In this document: positions 18,930-29,122 of the stretch, piece after piece | Position numbering within the stretch: the stretch's first letter is position 1 | How the letters are laid out: each line of letters opens with the position of its first letter | Assembly: GCA_964610465.1 (NCBI GenBank) | Contig: CAZSWA010000001.1 | Span: 79,023 to 143,022, forward strand | Reading direction: 5' to 3' | Source: an uncultured Gammaproteobacteria bacterium | GTDB lineage: Bacteria; Patescibacteriota; Microgenomatia; Levybacterales; UBA12049 | Length of the DNA: 64,000 bases | The notes under the pieces: model-generated | What the model was told of the DNA's origin: nothing | Databases searched by the model: none | The model's input: only the letters and a program-made list of their open reading frames with translations | Translations under genes and position numbers: made by a program

Positions 18930-20774
18930 TTATTTTTGGGGAGTTGGCTTTTTATCAAAATTTACTACGATGACAGTAAGATCATCAGTAGTCCCTCTTC
19001 TTCTTGCTTCATTTTTTATCAATCTACTTGCTTCACTTGGATCAGCTATGTCTCTAATTAAATCTTTGACTTGTTCATTCTTTAATACATCCCATATACC
19101 ATCAGACGCAATAATAAGACGTGAATTTCCATCTGGAAGTTGTATCTCATGAGCAATATATGGTTGTGCAATTATCTCTTTCCCATCTGTATCACCTAAC
19201 GATCGTGAGACTGCTAAACCTTGTACTCTTGGGACTCCATACGTATATACTGTTCCACCTGCTTTTTCAATTCTTGCTTGTTCTTCTGGATCATCAGGTT
19301 TATGATCATGAGAAAGTACATGAACTGTATCTCTCTTGACTAAGATAGCACGTGAGTCTCCAGCATTGGCAATATGAAGAATATCACCTTGTCGATAGGC
19401 AACTACTGCAGTTGTCCCAAATGATTTATCAGGATTATTTTTTATCCATAGATCTTTTATCTCCTTATCTGTTCGCTGAAATGCTTTATCTAAGGCTTTG
19501 TTCACATCTCCATTTGAATCTGCAAGCGCTTTTACAAAGTGTTCATGAAGTTTTTCAGATGCCAGTTGCGCAGCTTCGTACCCATATCCTTCTTCTGGTC
19601 CATGCCCATCATAGACTGCATAAAAAGATTCTTGAGGCTTATTTCCAAAGGCATCTTCTCTTACCAATCTATCTTCATTCTTTGCATGTCTTGTTCCTAC
19701 CTCTGAAATACTACCTGAGTTTATGGTTACTGGTACTTGTTCACTTTTATTTTCTTTTTTTCTTGTTACAACAAATGGTTTTGTTTCAAGAGGTTTTCCT
19801 GAAAAAACATCTCCTGATCTTGCTAGACTGTTTCCATTCGTACTACCATTTTTACCATTTGTTCCATCTGGCGTATGAGATGTACCATTAGCATGTTGAC
19901 CATTTTTCCCGTTAAAAATATCACCAGTTTGTCCAGAGTTTGCTCGGTTTCCATTATGATGTCCATTACCTGAATCCAAACCATTTTCCCAAAGAAATGT
20001 AACAATTTCTCTTGACTTTGAATCCTTTGCGAGCGGACCTAGTTGATAGACAATTCCGTCTCTTCCATATGCTTTTTTAAGAAATTCATCTTTTGCGACT
20101 TTGTCACTTTTTTTACTTACCAGCTCAATAAGTGCAGTTGTTACTTCCGCTGAGTTTTCTCCAAATACATTGGCAAGCCATTTAATACCTTCAAGATTAT
20201 CGAGTAGCTCGCTTCTTGTAACATGATTATTTTTTGGAGTATATACTTCAAGTACATCCTGTACAAATCGTTTTATATCTGATTCATGGTTTGGTCCGGT
20301 AAAATATCTATCATAAAACTCCTGTGCTTGTGTATCTGAAAAAGTTCCATCTGTAGGGATACCGAGTTTGTGATAGAGGATAGCTCTTTTTTTACCTTCG
20401 TCTTCATTAGCGAAATAAGTTTTGTTATTGTTGATAGTGTTAATAAAACTTTTTTTCCACCCAGTCATTTTTTGCTCATAAGGACTCGTATCACCGATTT
20501 CTCTATAATGCTTAATTCTCTCTTTGGTCGATGCATTTCTTACCACTCCATAGGTACCGTTAAGATTGCCAAGATAGTCACTCTTTAAAAGATTTTCAGT
20601 GAGTGCTCCATCCACTGGTTTATCGGGATTAAATGCCTCCTCATTATGACTTCCGATAAGAAGGCGTGCTTGAAGACCTATAATTTCATTCAGTCTTCTT
20701 TCAACTTCCGGAGGAGCTCCTCTATTTACTCCTGTATCTACTGTTGTTGTATTTGGCCTTAATCTTTCATTCAT
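18930..20774 (-). CDS. PP2C (PPM) Ser/Thr phosphatase, eukaryote-like, with unknown N-terminal domain
   Basis: NEDR, YDGHG, GTTA, NAGDSRA, DHKPDDPEEQARIEKAGG, LAVSRSLGD, ASDGIWD, DDLTVIVV. Confidence 0.93.
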   Translation of the reverse strand: MNERLRPNTTTVDTGVNRGAPPEVERRLNEIIGLQARLLIGSHNEEAFNPDKPVDGALTENLLKSDYLGNLNGTYGVVRNASTKERIKHYREIGDTSPYEQKMTGWKKSFINTINNNKTYFANEDEGKKRAILYHKLGIPTDGTFSDTQAQEFYDRYFTGPNHESDIKRFVQDVLEVYTPKNNHVTRSELLDNLEGIKWLANVFGENSAEVTTALIELVSKKSDKVAKDEFLKKAYGRDGIVYQLGPLAKDSKSREIVTFLWENGLDSGNGHHNGNRANSGQTGDIFNGKNGQHANGTSHTPDGTNGKNGSTNGNSLARSGDVFSGKPLETKPFVVTRKKENKSEQVPVTINSGSISEVGTRHAKNEDRLVREDAFGNKPQESFYAVYDGHGPEEGYGYEAAQLASEKLHEHFVKALADSNGDVNKALDKAFQRTDKEIKDLWIKNNPDKSFGTTAVVAYRQGDILHIANAGDSRAILVKRDTVHVLSHDHKPDDPEEQARIEKAGGTVYTYGVPRVQGLAVSRSLGDTDGKEIIAQPYIAHEIQLPDGNSRLIIASDGIWDVLKNEQVKDLIRDIADPSEASRLIKNEARRRGTTDDLTVIVVNFDKKPTPQK

Positions 20775-21024
20775 ACTTCTATTTTACTCCTATTGTCAAA
20801 TATAGATATAAAACTCTGTACAAATATCTTATAGCAAGCATAAGTGAATTGAATCTTAGGAAGGTAAATAACTAGTAAGAAATGCCATACAGACACAAGT
20901 TATAGGCTTAATATTTGCTTTTTTTTACACTCTCCAATATAATACTATAACTTAAAACAAGCTCAAGTTTATAATCTATTTGAAGAAGATAAGACTCTTT
21001 TCACGGCTTAGTAGATAAAAATAT

Positions 21025-24006
21025 ATGGGACATTTAGAACGACAGGAAATACTACGACAAAGATTTTCAGATTTTGCTACGTTTCATGAAAGAATTACTA
21101 CAGATATTCTCTCAGTTGATCCAACAGCAATAGCGAATTGGGCGAATGAACAGACAGTTAAAAAAGAAACAAACTTCACGTCATTACTTACTTCTCCTTT
21201 TAAAGAAGCTGCAAGTCAGGGTTTTAGGAAATATATCCAGAATGAACGTGAAATGCAGCAGTTTTGGGAGAAACACAATCTTTCTACACCTACAGACAAA
21301 GTAAAACAGGAGCTTCTCAAAATCGTTCAAAAAGATACAACAGAAACATCTCATAAAGAAGACGTTTGGCTTAGACGTATGCATGGAGGAATAGCGCTTG
21401 TTGTTTCTCCTGAGAGATTTGCTGAAATAGTACAGCCTAAACTGCATACTCCAGAAGGTAAATTACTGACTGGAAAAGACGCAGCAGAGGAACTTGAAGC
21501 TTTTGCACAAGTTGGATTTACGTTTGAGCAGGAAGAATTACACATTTCATCCGATTTCCCATTTCCAAAAAGTGCAAAGATAGCAGTAATCCAAAATACT
21601 CCAGGTTTTGAAAATGCAATTGCACATGAAGAAAGAGAATTAATAGGGTTTTATATGGATGAAGTAACAAAAAGTGATAGAAATGATAATAGACATGTAG
21701 AGACGATAAGACGACTAAGAAGAAGATTCGGAGCAACGGAAAAAGTTGGAGAGGCAATGTATGATCTTGCAACGCGGATTGAAAATGGAGAAAGAAATCC
21801 TGCAGTTCAACTTTTCAAGACAGATGAAGATAATCAACAGGTATTTTCTCTTATTGCTTATCAGGCAAAGGAAATAATTCAAGACAGCAAGCATACTGCA
21901 AGCCAAATTCGAGGAGCTGTACTTAATCCCAAAAAACTTTTGGAGTATTGGAATTTAGATAATCAGTCTAATTCTGAAGAAAGTAATGTGAGGGAAAATA
22001 CAAATACGATAACTCTTACATCAGAGCGAAAAGGCAGATTTGTCTATAACAAAGCTACATTACGACCAGGAGACACAATCATTCATGATAGGATAACTTA
22101 TCAAGTTACAGAAATTCTTTCTGCGACAGGTGGACAAGGAGTAGTATATAAGGCTCAAGAGATAGGCAAACCAGAGACAAAAATAGTGGTAAAAGAAGTA
22201 ATATTTAATGCACCTGAAGCACTTATTGCCAATGAGGCAACAGCTTCAATGGTAGTTGAAGGTATTGCCAAGAATAATCCAGATATGAGTCAGTTACTTA
22301 AAAATCTCCAATTATTTGCTGGTAATGAAGAATTTGGAATAGAATATATTAATTTTATTAAAACAAAACTAAGCGATGATACATTTTGGAATCAATTTGG
22401 CGGGAAAAATTTGTACAAAAAAGAAAATTTGAGCTTTAGAACACATGATTCGCAAACTGGACAACCGTTTATTGCTCCTCCATATCGAGAGATTATTGAT
22501 GCAGTTAAACAAGCAGCGGCCGAATATACAAAGACCTATATCGCTGAAGAGAAAAGGAAGGAATTAAATGAAGTAGTACAGTTTTTCTTATCTGAAGCAA
22601 ATGCAATGGCTAGGTTATCAGGAGTTAAAGGAGTTGCACATATGATTGGTATGGTAGCAAGTGATATGTCTTTTGCACCTGATAATCTTAAATATCATTG
22701 CATGTATATAATAGAAGAATTTATAGAAGGTTCTACTTTACAGAATCTATGGCAAATAGGAAGTGGTAAACGTGGAGATTTTATAAAAGCATCTGAACTA
22801 GTAAGCGAAATTCTTGCAACTCTTTCTGAAGTTCATGCAAATGAGGTGGTTCATAAAGATATTAAACCTGAAAATGTAATTATTGAAGCAAAATCAGGAG
22901 AGCCGAAGCTTATTGATTTTGGTATTGCCAAAACTCATCTTAAGGATTTAATTTCTGCTCAAAAGCAAGGGACAAGAACAGGAACAAGTTTGAGGGGAAC
23001 TCTTGGGTATGTCTCCCCAGAACATTATACAGGGACAGATACCCGTTCTGATATTTATTCTATGGGAATGATGATGTATGCAATGCTTACAGGTGATGAC
23101 CCGGGAGATTATATTGCACGAACCTTACAATTTAAACAGATAGCAAGTTACGTTGATATAAGGATTGCATTACTTGAGACTATAGATAAGAGATTTCCTA
23201 AACATTTACGGGAGATAGTAGTAAAAGCAGTTCAAGAAGACCCTGATAAGAGATTTCAATCAGCAGATGAGATGAAAACAGCAATTGATGAAATAATAGA
23301 CAAAATAAAAAAACCTCTAAAGCAGATACAACAACCTGTACAGACAATTCAATCTGTAACTTCTTCACAATCAATCATACCGCTTCCGGTCTTTAATAAA
23401 GATAATAAGAGAACTACTTGGTTTAGCGGATTAGAATTTAGTGCGATTAATGCGATTCGTCTTAACAGACCAGATATAGTACAGAAGGCTTTGGATAGTT
23501 TAAAAACATATATTTCACCATCTGATACAATTATCACCAAAAAAAGCGTTGAGACTATAGCCCATATCACTCATTCGTTGCATAACGAAGGAGAACAAAT
23601 GGGCCAAAGTCTTAAAAGTTATTCATTAGATTTGCTCGAAACAGGAATTTTTGCTGAGAAAGATACTTTTATCATTCCTCCTCAATATCATGCTCATCTA
23701 CAGAAATTTACCAAAGAATGGATTATAAATAGTGGATTTACAGATGTTCCTCTATCAAAGACTCAGGAATGGGATATGGCAAGTGATAAAAGAACCTATG
23801 AAGATCTTCCTGTTGAAATACGAATATACTTTGAAACAACAGAAATTATTATTGAGCATATGAAGACAACAAAAGACATGACAAGAAAAACAGAACTGCA
23901 AGACAGGCTTAAAAAATTCCAATGGCAAGCTCCCTACTGGAGTGACCCAGGATTTCAATATCTGACTTTTCGGAAAGCAGAAGAGCTTAGAAACAGGCTA
24001 AAATAA
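21025..24006 (+). CDS. Hanks-type Ser/Thr protein kinase, large and soluble
   Basis: GGQGVVYKA, VVKE, HKDIKPEN, DFG, GTLGYVSPE, SDIYSMG, DPDKRFQSA; no TM segment. Confidence 0.93.
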   Translation: MGHLERQEILRQRFSDFATFHERITTDILSVDPTAIANWANEQTVKKETNFTSLLTSPFKEAASQGFRKYIQNEREMQQFWEKHNLSTPTDKVKQELLKIVQKDTTETSHKEDVWLRRMHGGIALVVSPERFAEIVQPKLHTPEGKLLTGKDAAEELEAFAQVGFTFEQEELHISSDFPFPKSAKIAVIQNTPGFENAIAHEERELIGFYMDEVTKSDRNDNRHVETIRRLRRRFGATEKVGEAMYDLATRIENGERNPAVQLFKTDEDNQQVFSLIAYQAKEIIQDSKHTASQIRGAVLNPKKLLEYWNLDNQSNSEESNVRENTNTITLTSERKGRFVYNKATLRPGDTIIHDRITYQVTEILSATGGQGVVYKAQEIGKPETKIVVKEVIFNAPEALIANEATASMVVEGIAKNNPDMSQLLKNLQLFAGNEEFGIEYINFIKTKLSDDTFWNQFGGKNLYKKENLSFRTHDSQTGQPFIAPPYREIIDAVKQAAAEYTKTYIAEEKRKELNEVVQFFLSEANAMARLSGVKGVAHMIGMVASDMSFAPDNLKYHCMYIIEEFIEGSTLQNLWQIGSGKRGDFIKASELVSEILATLSEVHANEVVHKDIKPENVIIEAKSGEPKLIDFGIAKTHLKDLISAQKQGTRTGTSLRGTLGYVSPEHYTGTDTRSDIYSMGMMMYAMLTGDDPGDYIARTLQFKQIASYVDIRIALLETIDKRFPKHLREIVVKAVQEDPDKRFQSADEMKTAIDEIIDKIKKPLKQIQQPVQTIQSVTSSQSIIPLPVFNKDNKRTTWFSGLEFSAINAIRLNRPDIVQKALDSLKTYISPSDTIITKKSVETIAHITHSLHNEGEQMGQSLKSYSLDLLETGIFAEKDTFIIPPQYHAHLQKFTKEWIINSGFTDVPLSKTQEWDMASDKRTYEDLPVEIRIYFETTEIIIEHMKTTKDMTRKTELQDRLKKFQWQAPYWSDPGFQYLTFRKAEELRNRLK

Positions 24007-24037
24007 CTGTTTTGATACAATAGGATAAGTCAAAAAT

Positions 24038-25804
24038 ATGCCAAATATACTAAAAATCATTCGAATCTCAAAGCCTTTATATCATTTGGTTCTTATTATA
24101 GCCTTTTTGATAGTAGTGAGTGCGGCAATGGATTTGGTGTCTCCTATTATTTTTAAATTCATTGTCGATGAGATTGTCAAGGGCGTACAACATCAAGGTG
24201 GTAGTGTGAATAAAATTGCATGGCTTATTGCGCTCTCATTTGGTGTCAATATCATAAGTCTTATCCTGACAACTCTTAGTGAGAGACTAGGAGATCATTT
24301 TGCCGGAAGACTTCGCAAATATCTGACAGAAAAGTTTTATTATAAAATTTTGACACTTCCTCAAAGTTACTTTGATTCAGAGATTTCAGGGAAAATTGTC
24401 AATCAGTTAAGCCGTGGTATTGTCACCATTCAGGATTTTGTAAATGATGCGACCAATTTTATTCTTCCTATGGTTTTACAAAGCCTTTTTACTATCATTG
24501 TGATGGCCTATTACAATATTCCAATTGCCATTTTTACTTTTCTTCTTTTTCCAAGCTATATGATTCTAAGTTACTACTCAACCAAAAAGTGGGGAGAGAG
24601 GGAAGTAGAAAAAAATAAAATAGAAGATATTTCACGAGGAAGAATACAGGAAGTTATTGCAAACATGAGTTTGGTGAAAAGCTTTAATAATGAGAAAAAA
24701 GAATATGAATTCTTATCTTCAAGTCTTACCGAAAGTAACAAGATTTATGCAGTGCAGAGCACAACATACCATTTCTTTGATTTTGCACGCGGTTTTAGTC
24801 TTAATATCATTTTGCTTCTCATAAGTATTATTACCTTTTTCGATACATTCAAAGGTACACTTAGTATTGGTACAATGGTTTTAATTCTTCAGCTGGTGAA
24901 TCAAGCACGTCGTCCCCTTTTTGCAATGTCGTTTATCTTAACACAAGTGCAACGTGCAGAAAGCGGATCAAAAGAATTCTTTGAAGTACTCGAGCTGCCA
25001 TCCAAGGAGTACTTTGATAAGAATAAAGTAATGCAGCAGGTAAAGGATGCAATGATCGTATTTTCTCATGTGTTTTTTCATTATAAAGATTCAGATAAAG
25101 TATTACATGATGTATCATTTACGCTTCATAAAAATCAAACAGTAGCGCTTGTTGGACATAGCGGAGCGGGAAAAACCACAATAGTAAATCTAATTCTTAA
25201 ATTCTATGATTCCTCACAGGGTGATATTTATCTTAACGGTATGAATTATAAAGAACTTGACCATACCTTTATCAGAGATAATATCGCCCTGGTATTTCAG
25301 GAAAATGAACTCTTCTCAACTACGGTTCGTGAGAATGTGAGCTACGGTATGTCAGCAACAGATAAAGAGATAATAAATGCCTTAAAACTTGCAAATGCGT
25401 ATGATTTTGTGAAAAAACTTCCCAAAGGGATTGATTCAGAAATTGGAGAACGGGGAGTTAAACTTTCAGGCGGGCAAAAGCAACGGATTCAAATTGCCAG
25501 AGCAATCCTTAAAAATTCACCCATTTTAATTCTTGATGAAGCAACAAGTTCTCTTGATGCTAAATCTGAAAGAGAGGTACAAGATGCCCTTGAGAATCTT
25601 ATGAAAGATAAATTGGTTCTTATTATTGCTCATAGATTTTCAACTATCCAGAATGCAGATACCATACTTGTGATTGATAATGGCAAAATAGTTGATTCTG
25701 GCAATCCAAAAGAACTTTCCAAAAAACCTGGAATTTATTCAAATCTTTTACGTTACCAAATTGAAGGCAACAAAAAACTCCTAGAATCTTTTGAACTCTA
25801 CTAA
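24038..25804 (+). CDS. ABC exporter (fused TMD-NBD, MsbA/MdlB-like)
   Basis: 6 TM segments plus GHSGAGKT, LSGGQKQR, ILDEATSSLD. Confidence 0.95.
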   Translation: MPNILKIIRISKPLYHLVLIIAFLIVVSAAMDLVSPIIFKFIVDEIVKGVQHQGGSVNKIAWLIALSFGVNIISLILTTLSERLGDHFAGRLRKYLTEKFYYKILTLPQSYFDSEISGKIVNQLSRGIVTIQDFVNDATNFILPMVLQSLFTIIVMAYYNIPIAIFTFLLFPSYMILSYYSTKKWGEREVEKNKIEDISRGRIQEVIANMSLVKSFNNEKKEYEFLSSSLTESNKIYAVQSTTYHFFDFARGFSLNIILLLISIITFFDTFKGTLSIGTMVLILQLVNQARRPLFAMSFILTQVQRAESGSKEFFEVLELPSKEYFDKNKVMQQVKDAMIVFSHVFFHYKDSDKVLHDVSFTLHKNQTVALVGHSGAGKTTIVNLILKFYDSSQGDIYLNGMNYKELDHTFIRDNIALVFQENELFSTTVRENVSYGMSATDKEIINALKLANAYDFVKKLPKGIDSEIGERGVKLSGGQKQRIQIARAILKNSPILILDEATSSLDAKSEREVQDALENLMKDKLVLIIAHRFSTIQNADTILVIDNGKIVDSGNPKELSKKPGIYSNLLRYQIEGNKKLLESFELY

Positions 25805-25878
25805 ATTGTTGAGTTTTACATATTTTGATATAGTTTTCTTACCCATTTTTTATACTTTTGATGTAAAATAGCTGGGTT

Positions 25879-26379
25879 ATGAAAAGGATACCTCTTTATA
25901 TTATTGTGAGTACACTTGCTACCTTCTTTTTTGTTGTCTTGCCAAAGAGTATATTGGCTGATGTTAACGTAGATGTTTCAAACAATGCAGGCGGCAGTAA
26001 CAATAATGTAAGCATTGATAACGAGGTAAATAATACTGTAGATACAGGTAATACCTCACAAACGAATACAACTGTAACCATTAACGGAAAAACCTATCAT
26101 TCAGATCAGCCAGGAGAACTTAATTATCAGTCAGATGATGGCCATTCAACTGTTCATATTAATAATCAAGTTGGAGGAACAAGTGTCAATACTCAGTCAA
26201 ACCAAAATATACAAAATAATGTGCATGTCAATACGAACACTTCAAATAATGCCCCATCTTCCCTGTCCACGACACCTGAACCTACGCATAAAGAATTTAA
26301 AACAAATAAAAGTTCATTTGATTTTTCGTTGTTTATGGATTTCTTCAAGAATTTTCTCAAAAACTTCCACATCTTTTAA
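25879..26379 (+). CDS. Secreted Asn/Thr/Val-rich hypothetical protein
   Basis: Signal peptide, low-complexity core, amphipathic C-terminal helix. Confidence 0.7.
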   Translation: MKRIPLYIIVSTLATFFFVVLPKSILADVNVDVSNNAGGSNNNVSIDNEVNNTVDTGNTSQTNTTVTINGKTYHSDQPGELNYQSDDGHSTVHINNQVGGTSVNTQSNQNIQNNVHVNTNTSNNAPSSLSTTPEPTHKEFKTNKSSFDFSLFMDFFKNFLKNFHIF

Positions 26380-26429
26380 AATTTCTCCAAATAGTGTAGT
26401 ATAAATAAACCTCATCTGTTATTACTTCT

Positions 26430-29063
26430 ATGCAGAATTTTAGTACACCCATGATGAAACAATACATGGAGATTAAAAAAAACTACCAAGATTGTCTTCT
26501 GTTTTATCGTATGGGTGATTTCTATGAGCTCTTCATGGAAGATGCACACATAGGAGCCAGGATTCTTAATATTACTTTAACCAGCAAACATAACGGTAAA
26601 AATGGCAAAATACCAATGGCAGGGGTACCGTATCACGCAGTTGATGCGTATCTTAACAAACTCGTCAAAGCAGGCTACAAAGTCGCAATTTGTGAACAAG
26701 TAAGTCTCCCCAACAAATATGGCTTAGTAGATAGGGAAGTTGTGCGGGTAGTAACACCTGGTACCATGCTTGATGAAAAAGCACTTGAGAAGAAAGAAAA
26801 TAATTACATCATAAGTCTCTTGATTGAAGATGAAATCCTCGCGCTTGCAATTGCTGATATCTCAACTGGATATTTTTCACTGACACAGTTGCCTTTTGAA
26901 AATCTTTCCCAGGTACTTCGTGATGAATTATCACGCATCAATCCATCAGAATGTATTTTACCTGAATCACTTTACAATGATCCAGAACTCTTAAAACTCT
27001 TAAAAACTGAAAAGGGACTTAGCATTTATTGTTTTCATGAATGGGATGTCTTTGCACAAAAAGCTGAAGCGTATCTTAAAAAACATTTTGGAGTTGCGAC
27101 TCTTGCAGGTTTTGCGGTTGAGGACAAGTTGCTTGCGCTTCAAGCAGCTGCCTCGTTGCTTGGGTATCTTGAAGAAACCCAAAAAACCGCTGTCTCACAT
27201 ATTAAGAAAATTACTATCTTTTCAAGTGATGAGTATATGATGCTTGATAAATCGACTATGATAAACCTTGAATTATTTTCAACCATACGTGAACATGATA
27301 CACGAGGGACACTTCTTAATGTCTTAGATATGACGAAAACTGCGATGGGTGGAAGATTGCTTAAACAGTGGCTGAGAAAACCGCTTTTGCAAAAAAGTGA
27401 GATTGGCAAAAGGCATGATGCAGTCGAAGAGTTTTTAAAAAACAATACGGCCAGAAATCTTCTCCGCACACGACTTGAAGAAGTAAATGATATTGAAAGA
27501 ATCCTCTCTCGTCTATCAGTACATATTGGCAATGCAAGAGATATTATAAATCTTAAACAATCATTACATACTATACTAGATATCAAAGCAAGTTTAAAAG
27601 AATATGAAGCAAGTCTTATCCAGGAACTAACTGAGAAGATTTCTCAAAAAATAAAAAACACCATTGAATATATTGATATTTATATTATAGATGAGCCTCC
27701 AATTGACTTAAAATCCGGAGGTTTAATAAAAAACGGCGTAGATAAAGAATTAGATACACTTCGACATACCGTTAGCGGGAGTAAAAACTGGATTGCAAAA
27801 CTTGAAGAGGATGAAAAAGAAAGAACTGGTATTTCATCTCTTAAAATCAGATTTAATAAAGTGTTTGGATTTTATATTGAAATAAGTAGATCAAATCTTC
27901 ATCTAGTCCCTCAGGACTATATCCGCAAACAAACCTTAGTAAATGGTGAAAGGTTTATAACACCAGAGCTTAAACAACATGAAGAAATAATTCTGACCGC
28001 AGAAGAAAAAATAAATGAGCTGGAATATAGTATTTTTATAAAAGTATTAGCCCAAATACTTACTCAAATTGAAATGTTACAAGAAGCAGCACAAAGTATC
28101 GCAATACTTGATTGTCTTTTAAATTTTGCCAATCTTGCAGAGACTGAAGAATATGTAAGACCAAAAATGCTTTACTCTGGAGAGATACGAATTAAAAATG
28201 GACGTCACCCTGTAGTTGAAAAGTTACTTGATGAAATGCAATTTGTTCCTAATGATATTACTTTGGATAATATTAACCAGCAGCTTCTTCTTATTACAGG
28301 TCCTAACATGGCAGGAAAATCGGTATTGATACGCCAAGTTGCTCTCATTGTCCTTATGGCACAGATTGGATGTTTTGTTCCGGCTGAACAAGCATATATC
28401 AGTATTGTAGATAGGATTTTTGTACGAAGCGGTGCATCAGATGTCATCACTTCAGGTCTATCAACCTTTATGGTTGAGATGGTTGAGACCGCATATATCC
28501 TCCATCATACAACGCGTAACAGTCTTATCATAATGGATGAGATAGGACGGGGAACAAGTACCTATGATGGGATAAGTATTGCCTGGGCTGTTGCAGAACA
28601 TTTGGTTACTGCGATAAATCCATCGCCCAAAACGCTTTTTGCAACACATTATCATGAGCTGCAAGCACTTGAAGAACAATATCCGACAAAAATCAAAAAC
28701 TATCATATGGCTGTTGCTAACGAAAAAGGTGTACCGGTATTCCTTTACACTATTTTGCCAGGGGGTGCATCACATAGTTTTGGAGTTGCAGTTGCAAAGC
28801 TTGCGGGAATTCCTTTTCCTGTGATAGAAAAGGCACTTGAAGTTCTCTCGAGTCTTGAAAACCGGCAAACGAACCAGGAACAAAAAGTGGCATTATCATA
28901 TCAGGAACAACTGCCTTTAACTCAACACTTAATTCATAAAGAACTTGAACAGATAGATATTCATCAAATGACACCGCTTGAAGCGCTCAACAAATTGGCA
29001 GAACTCAAAGATAAAATAAAACTACTACAAAAAAAAGATTCAGACTTCATTGGTGCCGATTAA
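26430..29063 (+). CDS. mutS: DNA mismatch repair protein MutS
   Basis: TPMMKQY, GDFYELF, TGPNMAGKS, STFMVEM, DEIGRGTST. Confidence 0.98.
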   Translation: MQNFSTPMMKQYMEIKKNYQDCLLFYRMGDFYELFMEDAHIGARILNITLTSKHNGKNGKIPMAGVPYHAVDAYLNKLVKAGYKVAICEQVSLPNKYGLVDREVVRVVTPGTMLDEKALEKKENNYIISLLIEDEILALAIADISTGYFSLTQLPFENLSQVLRDELSRINPSECILPESLYNDPELLKLLKTEKGLSIYCFHEWDVFAQKAEAYLKKHFGVATLAGFAVEDKLLALQAAASLLGYLEETQKTAVSHIKKITIFSSDEYMMLDKSTMINLELFSTIREHDTRGTLLNVLDMTKTAMGGRLLKQWLRKPLLQKSEIGKRHDAVEEFLKNNTARNLLRTRLEEVNDIERILSRLSVHIGNARDIINLKQSLHTILDIKASLKEYEASLIQELTEKISQKIKNTIEYIDIYIIDEPPIDLKSGGLIKNGVDKELDTLRHTVSGSKNWIAKLEEDEKERTGISSLKIRFNKVFGFYIEISRSNLHLVPQDYIRKQTLVNGERFITPELKQHEEIILTAEEKINELEYSIFIKVLAQILTQIEMLQEAAQSIAILDCLLNFANLAETEEYVRPKMLYSGEIRIKNGRHPVVEKLLDEMQFVPNDITLDNINQQLLLITGPNMAGKSVLIRQVALIVLMAQIGCFVPAEQAYISIVDRIFVRSGASDVITSGLSTFMVEMVETAYILHHTTRNSLIIMDEIGRGTSTYDGISIAWAVAEHLVTAINPSPKTLFATHYHELQALEEQYPTKIKNYHMAVANEKGVPVFLYTILPGGASHSFGVAVAKLAGIPFPVIEKALEVLSSLENRQTNQEQKVALSYQEQLPLTQHLIHKELEQIDIHQMTPLEALNKLAELKDKIKLLQKKDSDFIGAD

Positions 29064-29122
29064 AATTTTACCTAAAATGATATAATAAATACTCTTTAGG
29101 TAGAATACCTATTCCCTAACGA

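Noticed and set aside
29066-29105. Inverted repeat TACCTAAA...TTTAGGTA between mutS and mutL
   Set aside because: AT-rich, long loop, no U tail; cannot distinguish an operator from chance
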